A stretch of 64,000 nt of DNA, taken from Phoronis australis. Its lineage: Eukaryota; Animalia; Phoronida. Shown piece after piece: positions 56,401-64,000 of this stretch; positions within the stretch are counted from its first letter, which is position 1, and each line of letters begins with the position of its first letter. Location of the stretch: contig NMRA01000167.1 of NCBI GenBank assembly GCA_002633005.1, positions 364,460 through 428,459 of the forward strand. The letters run 5' to 3'. Under the pieces are notes generated by a model that worked only from the letters and a program-made list of their open reading frames with translations, did no database searches and was not told where the DNA came from. The position numbers were made by a program, and so were the translations under genes.

Positions 56401-56676
56401 GTTGCTCCACAGCCACAACTTTTGCACGGTCGCGACCTAGCTTCGCGAAAAAGTATCTCTGATACCGCATCACCGCCAAAAGGAACAAGCTTGGCAGCTT
56501 CAGCAAACCCTGGCCAGGAGACACATGTACACCCTAGCATTCTTCAGCAGGCAAACACGCCTATAGCGGCCAAAACGTTGGAGAAAGAGTGCAAAGGAAA
56601 CGAGTCACCTGAATCGAGTAGTGTGGAGAACAAGAAATTGGAGAAACATCACAAAGATATTGTCAGCGAAGACTAG
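17134..56676 (+). CDS. Multi-exon type-I membrane receptor (SEA-like? - TSP1 - 13x Ig-like - TSP1 - TM - cytoplasmic tail with dynein-MTBD-like domain); 5' end not identified
   Basis: 18 exons with AG/GT boundaries splice in one frame. Internal exons are all phase 1-1 (159, 303, 363, 297, 312, 279x4, 324, 138, 177, 336, 336, 327, 189 nt). Summed CDS is 6606 nt from 17134 to the TAG at 56676 if all exons are included. Confidence 0.8.
18636..18888. mobile_element. Short MITE-like element
   Basis: Imperfect TIRs catgcacgcacccag ... ctgggtacgctcatg. A similar right end occurs at ~6800-6834. Confidence 0.5.
21442..21600 (+). CDS. Exon: thrombospondin type-1 repeat (absent from the ORF track)
   Basis: attgcag|GA TGG ... 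TGC A|gtaagt. Translates to GWTLWSSWSKCVPISGCGHGNRTRTRRYC...GCFRPC (WxxWxxW, CxxG, RxRxR motifs). Confidence 0.85.
22164..22466 (+). CDS. Exon: Ig-like domain 1
   Basis: cag|GT GGA CCA ... ATG T|gtaagt. Ig pattern LKLECKTD..P....W....HNEVDVVCLARN. Confidence 0.9.
22585..22947 (+). CDS. Exon: Ig-like domain 2
   Basis: ttcag|TT GGT CCG ... ATT T|gtaagt. VTCKTDDVSPDVNITW...NDGCKGRCKGEN. Confidence 0.9.
24658..24954 (+). CDS. Exon: Ig-like domain 3
   Basis: ctcag|AT GGG CCA ... TTG T|gtaagt. VEGEPVNVTCSTRKCNPSCNISYFW...HNQTLTCVITN. Confidence 0.9.
25284..25595 (+). CDS. Exon: Ig-like domain 4
   Basis: tttgcag|TT GGC CCT ... GCA G|gtacaa. LTCKSD....W...DDQKTITCLGQN. Confidence 0.88.
25861..26139 (+). 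CDS. Exon: repeated Ig-like domain, copy a
   Basis: cttgaag|AC GGA CCT ... AGT T|gtgagt; 279 nt; LTCLTPGCYPAC...DDHMRVIRCTASN. Confidence 0.85.
28580..28965 (+). pseudogene. Decayed partial copy of the Ig-4 exon, interrupted by a ~125 bp MITE
   Basis: Aligns by eye to about 25335-25595. It has indels, lacks the 5' acceptor, and the donor is changed from gt to gc (tgcag|gcaga). Confidence 0.75.
28676..28800. mobile_element. ~130-bp MITE family, copy 1
   Basis: Core agcaagacttcgcgagattac is shared with 40071-40191 and 43478-43606. Confidence 0.65.
29237..29515 (+). CDS. Exon: repeated Ig-like domain, copy b
   Basis: ctcgaag|AC GGA CCT ... AGT T|gtgagt; 279 nt; open frame. Confidence 0.85.
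30038..30690 (+). repeat. Diverged ~125-bp direct repeat pair (30038-30165, 30569-30690)
   Basis: cttagaaatcca(c/t)gattagtc...atcaaaaatgggcat...gatattcat...tataaccaaa occurs in both. Confidence 0.7.
32195..32410 (+). pseudogene. Second decayed partial copy of the Ig-4 exon
   Basis: ggccagagtataaacacc...gatgatctgaagacgattacttgtctcggacag matches the Ig-4 exon. It carries deletions and has no donor. Confidence 0.75.
32672..32950 (+). CDS. Exon: repeated Ig-like domain, copy c
   Basis: cccgaag|AC GGA CCT ... AGT T|gtgagt; 279 nt; open frame. Confidence 0.85.
33128..33406 (+). CDS. Exon: repeated Ig-like domain, copy d
   Basis: cttgaag|AC GGA CCT ... AGT T|gtgagt; 279 nt; open frame. Confidence 0.85.
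33905..34840 (+). mobile_element. Degenerate CR1/L2-type LINE fragment (APE endonuclease plus RT remnants)
   Basis: MGDLNART, NNFGNALIDMC, SLVDFLL and SDHLPI (endonuclease); LLYADD (RT). Many stops and deletions. Confidence 0.8.
35262..35585 (+). CDS. Exon: Ig-like domain 9
   Basis: tttgcag|AT GGG CCA ... TCA G|gttgga. VSIACRTDEVNP...HHASRVVCTANN. Confidence 0.85.
36310..36745. mobile_element. Old MITE-like inverted repeat
   Basis: ctacttttgtgcgaactcaa (~36395) is the reverse complement of ttgagttcgcacaaaagtag (~36643). Outer arms are imperfect. Confidence 0.55.
37301..37438 (+). CDS. Exon: N-terminal half of Ig-like domain 10 (absent from the ORF track)
   Basis: ttttcag|TT GGA CCA GCA ... 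TTG G|gtaagt. GPANVYFHQAGGFMKDNTVFAWPGHVVSLKCSTDFIRPDASMYFL. Confidence 0.8.
39144..39320 (+). CDS. Exon: C-terminal half of Ig-like domain 10 (absent from the ORF track)
   Basis: cattaag|GC CAG ... ATT G|gtaaga. ...EIEVKLSIKESERGQEITCKAFNSRDNDLAAIGKVSIDVI supplies the second Cys and the G strand. Confidence 0.8.
40071..40191. mobile_element. ~130-bp MITE family, copy 2
   Basis: Same core as the copies at 28676 and 43478. Confidence 0.6.
41120..41455 (+). CDS. Exon: Ig-like domain 11
   Basis: tttcag|TT GGT CCC ... TCT T|gtaagt. LHLNCITDKVLP...HDKSELTCEARN. Confidence 0.88.
41651..42108 (+). mobile_element. Kolobok-like THAP element, left end (truncated at an N)
   Basis: ttaa|aggtgaaggcaacc; near-identical to 7528-7986; THAP ORF from 41916. 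Confidence 0.85.
42258..42593 (+). CDS. Exon: Ig-like domain 12
   Basis: tgtacag|TT CTC ATA AAA GGT CCA ... ACA G|gtactg. ISIVCLS...GVITCIAKN. Confidence 0.82.
43230..43426 (-). pseudogene. Possible THAP remnant
   Basis: MTKRCIVSDCDNS....VALFTMP resembles a THAP N-terminus. The rest is degenerate. Confidence 0.35.
43478..43606. mobile_element. ~130-bp MITE family, copy 3 (best-preserved TIRs)
   Basis: cgttcagtaacgctaggacct ... aggtcctagcgtctactgaacg. Confidence 0.7.
44753..45079 (+). CDS. Exon: Ig-like domain 13
   Basis: tgacag|GG GGT CCA ... GTG G|gtaagt. VLQCMAKGYP...QQEKFNCRAVN. Confidence 0.88.
48100..52230 (+). mobile_element. Degenerate Penelope-like retroelement (RT plus GIY-YIG endonuclease)
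   Basis: VVNLSS..ISDAE..LFSKGLTF, YGLPKT....PLRPIVS, SLDVCSLFTNVP, GVAMASPLGPVVANIFM, RYVDD, SFLD, VVY..ECDNC.EFYIGLT.R.L..R. Confidence 0.88.
49270..51005 (-). mobile_element. CR1/L2-type LINE fragment inserted in the Penelope-like element
   Basis: Minus-strand endonuclease motifs (NNFGKTLIDLC, IVNGR, GCSTIDY, AWFDSEC) and C-terminal CGICCLGEIEDESHFLCRC. (ATT/ATC)n tail at 49270-49294. Flanking repeat cgg(g/a)cacttaat. Confidence 0.8.
52721..52909 (+). CDS. Exon: thrombospondin type-1 repeat
   Basis: ttttcag|TT GAC GGC ... AGA G|gtttgt. VDGNWAAWKEWGDCSSTCGNGWRESIRTCSNPPPSSNGGRFCPG is a canonical TSP1. Confidence 0.92.
54773..56676 (+). CDS. Terminal exon: transmembrane helix plus long cytoplasmic tail
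   Basis: Phase-1 acceptor gttttacag|CT TAT GGA is in frame with the 626-aa ORF. Hydrophobic VSIFAALTAIFSGLVLYSWYM at 54823-54885, then a helical/coiled region, an MTBD-like segment at about 55747-56094, and a low-complexity S/T/H-rich end. Confidence 0.85.
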
Positions 56677-57800
56677 ACATCATTACGTACTACGAAAGGC
56701 ACAAAGAATTCTGACTATTCAAGTCATGTGGCCACAGCTAACCAATTCTCTGCCCAGTGTATGAAAGTAAACATGAGTCATGTTAAAAATCTTCCCTCGT
56801 CGAACTTTGAAATCAGATGAACAAGATACACGTATCAGAATTTTATAAAACTGAATAAGTATACATGTGAGCCACCACGAGGTGAAAGCATGCCTACGAA
56901 ACATAAAAAAAAAACAATATCAACACCAAAACTCCTAAATATTCGACAGATTGCATACTTCAATCTAAATTGAGCCGTTTCGATACCTGGCACAAAATGT
57001 GACGCATTTCAATTTTCCAGGCATTGAAGATCTGAGAGCAAAAAGAAATCCAGCGGGATAATGAATGGGGTAAATCTAAAAATTACACATAACATCTGAC
57101 CATAACAAAGCGAGATTCAGAAAACGGTACCCTAGAGTCAAGACTTAATTAGCATTTCCGCCTGGTGTAGATATTTGACATCAGGTTCTCGATTCTCCAA
57201 TCAATAATGAGATCTAACGGTTTACAAAAATTATTGGAGCACACTTCGCATAATATAATAAAATAAGTTCACACGACAGTAGCGTTCCAGGCTGAACATT
57301 GGTTTGGTTACAGAACTATTGCAAGTTACTCAAAAAGGGGAACAGAATTCAATTCAAATCACGCACTAGTATAAACTTTTGTCTAAGAAATGAGAAAATA
57401 ATGGCATCTGATTTTTGAACAAGTGCCTTTTCGTTTTAGATAGCTGAATGTGATTATCTACATTGTACAGCTGTACACCATACTAGTTTCGTTTAGTGGG
57501 AAAAAGACGCAAACGGATACGTGACCAAAAATAGGTGAAAGTCAAACCATTCAATACATCGTGGCGAATACCATACTCAAGTAGACACCATTATCAGTGA
57601 AAATCCGTAGCTTAGTACATCCCTGCGATGGGTAGCCTCTGTGGCGATGTAGTGTGACCAGTGCTGTAGAGGACACAGAAGCGTAATGCCCGGAGACAAT
57701 AAGCTGCCGGCGTTTTTTAATCGCCCTTGGGATGTGTCCTGGGGGCCCTTCGGTCCCCCTTTATCCGCCTATGGCATGACACCGTAATTGTTACTTTATC

Positions 57801-58413
57801 CACAGGCGTCCTCAGCTTCTGATCGTCCCCAATACACTACATATAATACTACAAGGTATGACACTTCCGACCAGAAATTCCACGGGTGCTTCACTTCAGC
57901 CGTCCATAGCAAACATAAAACTCAATAAATTTACACAAAACAGAGGTTCAACAAACCATGAAGAATTGTTCTTTCTCCCAATACCATTTACGGTGTCCTG
58001 TTGCCGCTCGAGGTCAAGGACGGTACGGAAATTGCCGGTGAGTTACGGAAGTACCGACATCGGTCGCGTAAAGTCACGATGTCGGTACTTCCGTAACTCA
58101 CCGGCAATTTCCATACCGTCCTTAACCTCGAGCGGCAACCGATGGACGTGCGCGGGGTTTTTTTGTGAACATTTTTGTTCTTTGACTGCGAATTTCTTAC
58201 GAAGTCGCCGGAACAGGACACCGTGAATGGTATTGGGAGAAAGAACAATTCTTCATGGTTTGTTGAACCTCTGTTTTGTGTAAATTTATTGAGTTTTATG
58301 TTTGCTATGGACGGCTGAAGTGAAGCACCCGTGGAATTTCTGGTCGGAAGTGTCATACCTTGTAGTATTATATGTAGTGTATTGGGGACGATCAGAAGCT
58401 GAGGACGCCTGTG
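57801..58413. mobile_element. Foldback MITE with 8-bp TSD (P- or hAT-like termini) and an internal hairpin
   Basis: TSD ACTTTATC at 57793-57800 and 58414-58421. Near-perfect TIRs of ~200 bp starting CACAGGCGTC. Second palindrome at 58000-58139. Confidence 0.9.
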
Positions 58414-58867
58414 ACTTTATCATGAAAAACTAATCTAACATTCATTACTGAGCGAGCATATGTGTATGTTACTCCGAACGCTTCAAAGACTAATTACACA
58501 AACAAAATGTTTCACAAGCAACGATGTTTCAATGATTACCCGGTACAGTGTGCACACGTGCATGAACTCGAGTGCGCGAACTTGAAGTGGGCATTCTTGA
58601 AAGCAGCTGTTGTTATTTTTAACATGATTTTAAAGTTAGTAAAAAATCAGATACTACTGACCAGTCCAAGTTACACGATTATCTGTTATCTGCACTCACC
58701 AGCTCCGCCTTATCGAATCATCCACGTTTCGACATAAGGTTTTGGGACGAACATGACCATTTGATCTTGCCAAACAGTGAGTTGGAGGTATTTTCTAACA
58801 GCAAACAGGAGCGTTCGTCTGTTTGAACAGATATTAAAATATCCGATTCATTTCTCTGAATCTTCGT

Positions 58868-59655
58868 TCACAGTCAGCTGTACTCCAATCGCCAGAAGGC
58901 AATTGTTTATGCAGAACGAACAACTGTGGACGAAACACTAAGGTTTATTGAGAGCTAAATAGAATGAAAGTTACCAGCGCAAAATGGCAGACGGCAGAGA
59001 GAGGGTGCTGACTACAGCTAAACGACACCTGGCGGACTGGCGTGATTTCTCTTTCTCCACAAAAACATAAACTAACAACAAATAAGTAGGCTAATAAACG
59101 TGAGGAAACTTTCACTGTCCTTAGTTAAGTACGTAATCCTGTAAATACGAGGGTGGGCGGTGAGAACGTGGCGTCCGGAGGCAGCGACAATGTCTGAGGA
59201 ACAGGCGGACGCTGTAGATCAGGAGGCAACGTGACTGACGAAGAATCGGCTGACACCGGCATACCAACAGGACGAGTGTCATTGGAGTACGGTACATCGT
59301 CGTCATCCAGCGTCGGAGCTGGTGAAGGCAACTCGGCACGCGCAGAGAAAAACTCTGGCACAACGTAGCAATCATCCAGTTTGACTTTGTAAGATGTGGA
59401 GCGTAGTTGTCAACCAACAAACTTGCGGATATAACACCAGTCGTCCTCGATGGACACTACCAAGTATCGATCACGAGCCTTTGTCTTGTCGCGACCTGCG
59501 TGGAGGTACTCTAGATCACCTACAGCCAAAGAGGTAGGGCGAAGCCGGTGTCGTCTCTGGGGATTCTTCGAGCTTTTGCTGTGTGAATGATTCACAGTCC
59601 GGGCACGGTCATTTGTTGTAAGATCATTTCTCTGTCAGACACAAGGAGTTGTTCA
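58868..59655 (-). mobile_element. LTR retrotransposon (Gypsy-like) 3' fragment: pol C-terminus, polypurine tract, LTR remnant
   Basis: LAVGDLEYL...DKTKARDRYLVV and terminal RSHRPPSYLQDYV. Purine tract ggagaaagagaaa on the minus strand at ~59046-59058. LTR limits are approximate. Confidence 0.65.
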
Positions 59656-59659
59656 TTAA

Positions 59660-60043
59660 AGGCGAAGGCAACCCTTTTCAATGTCATTTTGAGCTAAAAT
59701 AAGGTTGGTTGGTTATCCTAGACATAATTTCCACTTAATTACAGCTTTTCGTAATTTTATAAATTACTCGTCCGCTACTCCGGAAGTGACGTTTTAGGAG
59801 GCAAGCGTTTCCCGCCACTTGGTTTTGCGTTGACTTTACCGTGCGAATCTGTTCTGTTCTACTTTTGTTTTGTGCTGTTTTTCAACAATTGTCGCCACCA
59901 CTTTCCATCGGCGAGTACTCTGCGGCAACATAGGTTAGTAGAGAACTAAACTACGTTGGATTTAGGGATAGCTCCAACACTTTAGACAAGTCCACAATAA
60001 ACTTATCAAAGTTTGGCTCACCGATCTGTTCACTGGACGACGA
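59660..60043 (-). mobile_element. Kolobok-like element, right end in inverted orientation, fused to the duplicated exon
   Basis: ttaa|aggcgaaggcaacc TIR carries the right-end variant gcaagcgtttcccgccactt (reverse complement of 8665-8684). Confidence 0.8.
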
Positions 60044-61913
60044 ACTGTGAAAAAGTGTCGATCTTTGCCGCCTTGACAGCCTTCTTCTCCGGCTTTGTAC
60101 TTTACATATGGTACATGCGTATCGTTCACATCCGGGAGACAAAAGCCTTGATAACCAAAGACAGGTACGACTTTGAAGCATTTGTAAGAAAACTAGCTGC
60201 CTACCTACAAGAAAACGAAGGCATATCTGAAACAGAAGGCAAAGACGAAGAATGTCCATGGGAAAAAAGCCGCAGGGCTGTGAGACAGAAGTTACAAGAG
60301 CTTAAAAGTACAGAGGGCACCAATGAAACACCACACGTGGCCTTGAAATCTTTCCTTCAATCGTGGATGGTGAAGCACAAGAGCGGTGGTCAATCAGTAG
60401 ACAATGAAACTACAAACACTGTGCAACAGAAGCACGAGCAGCAGTTGAATGCATTTGGGTCGTGCATTAGTTTGCTGAAATCGCACAGCTGTAGCGAATT
60501 GATGAACCGTAACGGCTTGGACACTGAGCTTGCTTATCGAAAACAAGAGTTCGAGAATAGTCTTGGCTCGTGCATGAATTTGTTGTGGCGAAAGAGCAAT
60601 CCTGAGTTGGTGGACAGAGACTGTTTGAACAAGGCGTTTGCTAACTTGAAGCACGAGTTCCTGAAGACTAAGTCATCCAAGCAAACAAGACGTCGTGTTT
60701 TTCAACTGTCAGAATTGCATTGAATGCTTATAATGGCTTTATACATGCAAACAAGCAATATAAAATAGTTGCAGACAAAGCGCTGGTGCGTGACACCCAG
60801 CGACATTTACTAGTACTTGCGTTGAAGTCACATTACCAGGATGCGCTAAATGCAGGAGATGATGAATCGATGCAGTGGATTCCGCGTGTGGTCGAAGCAA
60901 ACGGTCTCCAAACCTTTATTGACGTTGACCTGAAAGTTGGGTACGAAACGCGAAAATCGCAACAGTTTTTTCAACACTTGAGCCTGGCAATCCTCAAAAT
61001 GAACAGAAAGCACCTGCACGATTTAAAACGACTGACACAACCTTCAATAGAACTGCACAACTCCCTTGCTGCAGCGCTCATCATGCTTGGTGAACGAGAG
61101 GAGGACACACGTGACTGGCGGTTTTGCCAAACTATGTGTCATAACACAAACACGCTATACAACAAGGGCCTGTTTTGGCGCATACAACGTTTCAAGGTAG
61201 ATAGTGAGGTTTCCGATCACGAAACGTCAAGAGCTCTGGAAATTTTAAACAAACATAACATTCAAACGGTCATGGAAAAGAGCTCATTGGCCGGAAGACT
61301 CCACCAATGGGCACATGAGGCGGCGTGTCAAAGGCTGAACACCACGGAAAGGCGATCGTCTTTGGCATCAAGAACGTGTGATAAGCATGGCCAAGAGCAT
61401 ATAAGAATGTCTGAAAATTCACTGCAAAGAGCGGTTTCACACGACACCACTACGGGCTCTACTGCAAGACGTCACTACTCAGTAACAACTGTATCTTCAA
61501 GACTGAAACAGAGAACATTCAAGTCCCTGGAGGAAGATTTCCGCAGAAATCAACAAGCACAAGACTAGAGATACAATGCATTCACATTCACCGAAATCAC
61601 ATGAATCAGCGACATGTTCCTCAACAAAGCATCGCAAAGTAGTGCCACAGCCGCAACTTTTGCAAGGTCGAGACCTAGCTTCGCGAAAAAGTCTCTCTGA
61701 TACCGCGTCACTGCCGAAAGGGACGACCTTGGGAGCTTCAACAAACCCTGGCCAGAAGACAAATGTACACCCTAGCATTCTTCAACAGGCAAACAAGCCT
61801 ATAGCGGTCAAAACGTTGAGGAAAGAGTGCAAAGGAAACGAGTCACCTGAAACGAGTTGTGCGGAGGACAAGAATTTGGAGAACATCACAAAGATATAGG
61901 CAGCGAAGACTAG
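60044..61913 (+). pseudogene. Frameshifted duplicate of the terminal exon
   Basis: Colinear with about 54812-56676. Frameshifts near 60671 (-1), 61517 (+4) and 61882 (-1). The acceptor region is replaced by transposon sequence. Confidence 0.85.
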
Positions 61914-63430
61914 ACATCATCACGTACCAAAGGGAACTAAGAATTCTCACTATTCTGGTCATGTGATCGCAGTTAACTACTTTCCCACCAGGTGCGTGAA
62001 AGTAAAGGTCGTGTTAAAAATCTCCCCTCTTCGAACTTTTGAAATCAGGCGAACAAATACACGTACTAAAAATTGACAAAACTGAATAAGCCTATATGTG
62101 TAGCCCCGTGAGGTGAAAAGCATACCAACATGTTAGAAACGCGGAAAAAAACAGTATCAACACCAAAACTCAACAATTTACGCGTGATTGAATACTTCAA
62201 TCTAAATTGAGCCGTTTCGATACCTGGCACAAAATGCCATGCATTTAATTTTCTCCAGATATTGAAGATGTGAGAATAAAAGAAATCCAGCGGGACAATA
62301 AAATTATTGTCGTTGTAAAAAATCCACATATAACCTCACCCTTAACAAAGAGAGACTTAGAAAATAGTGCTCTAGAGCCACTACTAGCATTTGCGCCTGG
62401 TGTAGATCTTTGACATCTGGTTCTTGATTCGTCAATCAATGATGACATCTAACGGTTTATTTAAATTGTTGGAGCACACGTTGCATCAGAGGTGAAGCAA
62501 TTGGCGTAACCTGAACTATACTTCAATAGGCTCACACGACAGTAGCGTTCTAGGCTAAACATTGTATTGGCCCTTACAGAACAACTGTGCAGTTTTCTGC
62601 GCGTTGTTTAAAAAGCAATGGAATTCAAATATCACGCAACAGCGTAAATTTTGCCTCAGAAATAAGAAAAATAGGAAACAATTCGAAATGTTGAAATACC
62701 CAAATACATCAGATTTTTTATCAAGTGTCTCTGTATTGATATATGAATCTGACTATCTACATCAGACTTGTTTTGTTAAGTGAGAAAAACACCCAAACGG
62801 ATACCAAAATCTTTGAAAGTCAAACCATTCGATACCATGGCGAATTCCATACCCACTGATGTAGATATACCCAATATCAGGAAAATCCATAGCCTAGTAG
62901 AACCCCACAAGGGGAAGCTTCTGTGGCAATGTAGTGAGACCAGTGCTGTAGGTGTAAAATAAGAGGCAAGTAGACGCTCAATGCCCACCGTATCACCTTG
63001 AGCATTAATCTGCATTGAATTCGCAAAACCTGACTCACAAACATGTACACTGTAGGCCCAACTACACATAGTAGGAAGGCAAAGGTCAGCGAGCATTTCA
63101 AGCGTCCTCTGAAAGGGGGGGGGGGACATAATTTTAAGGGACACAGGCGCGTAATGCCCAGAAACGATATGCTGGCGGCCTTTTTTAATCGCCCGTGGGG
63201 TATTTGTGTCCTCTGGGCCCTTCGATCCCCCGGCCTTTATCCGCCCATGGTATGACGCCGTAATTGGTACTTTATCTTGAAGTATTAACTCTACCTTTCA
63301 TTACTTGGCGAGCATATACATATTTATGTTAATCCCTACACTTCAAAGACTAATGACACAAACACGATGTTTCAAAAGCAACGATGTTTCAATGAGTACC
63401 CGGTACCGATGTGCACACGTGCATGCACTC
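60044..63430 (+). repeat. Segmental tandem duplicate of about 54812-58570 (terminal exon plus downstream flank)
   Basis: Similarity continues past the stop codon (e.g. atacttcaatctaaattgagccgtttcgatacctggcacaaaatg at ~56955 and ~62191) up to gtgcacacgtgcatg. Confidence 0.85.
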
Positions 63431-64000
63431 ATTCATGACCGCTTTTTCCCGTTCAGTGATTTTACCTGACGTAGAGGGTGATAACATCTAGCTTCCATGT
63501 TGACTGCCAACTGCCAAGCACAGTCTTTTGTCTGGTATGACAACAGGCACATTACGGCGTTTTTCCCAACTTGTTCGATTCTACAGACCAACAACAAGTT
63601 GGCAAGTTTACCCCTGTAGCCAATATCTTACACGACTGCCTACTCCATTCTGGCGTTCATGATTGGAGGGCCAGCTCTCCTTTGTTCGATAAATGCTCTA
63701 TTCTTCAATAAGATTGTATCTAGCCTGACTCGGGGCTGTGCTGTTAAAAATAAAAGTTAAGTTATAACATATTTGAACATAAACCAATAGCATCTCTGAA
63801 ATCCTCGTCAAATGGTGATCGTGTTCAGTTTTTGAATCCCAACTGCAACCGAAGTTACAAATCTATTCTTTCTGGATTTGACGGTGTTCACATGTGGTCT
63901 GTGATAAGCCTGGTAGACAATTGACAAGCCTGTTGTCATAACAGACGAAAGATTGTGCTTGGCAGTTAACAAAGAAGCTAGATGATATCACACGGGAACA

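Noticed and set aside
54796-56676. Stand-alone intronless 626-aa gene starting at GTG
   Set aside because: The GTG is internal. An in-frame phase-1 splice acceptor at 54772 makes this the last exon of the Ig gene.
57858-58356. Two convergent 122-aa ORFs with identical N-termini
   Set aside because: They are mirror images produced by the MITE's inverted repeats.
1-64000. CRISPR arrays, tRNA/rRNA genes, prokaryotic operons
   Set aside because: None seen. The sequence is intron-rich eukaryotic DNA, and most short ORFs in the track are chance or antisense shadows.

Overview
This is AT-rich animal (probably marine invertebrate) genomic DNA, not prokaryotic. The main content is one large spliced + strand gene from about 17.1 to 56.7 kb, reconstructed by hand from AG/GT splice sites. 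Every internal exon is phase 1-1 and a multiple of 3 nt long. The predicted product is a type-I membrane protein of at least ~2,200 aa; its 5' end and signal peptide were not found. Domain order: SEA-like?, TSP1, 13 Ig-like domains, TSP1, transmembrane helix, then a ~600 aa cytoplasmic tail. The tail contains a helical region and a segment resembling the dynein heavy-chain microtubule-binding domain. Four of the Ig domains come from a tandem array of intact 279-nt paralogous exons with divergent loops. The TM/cytoplasmic exon and its downstream flank are duplicated again at about 60.0-63.4 kb as a frameshifted copy. The rest is transposon-derived: Kolobok-like THAP elements (TTAA TSD), a solo LTR nested in an L1/Tx1 fragment, a Penelope-like element interrupted by a CR1/L2-type LINE, a Gypsy fragment, and several MITEs including a nested-palindrome element with an 8-bp TSD. 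All domain and family calls come from motif recognition by eye, not from database searches.
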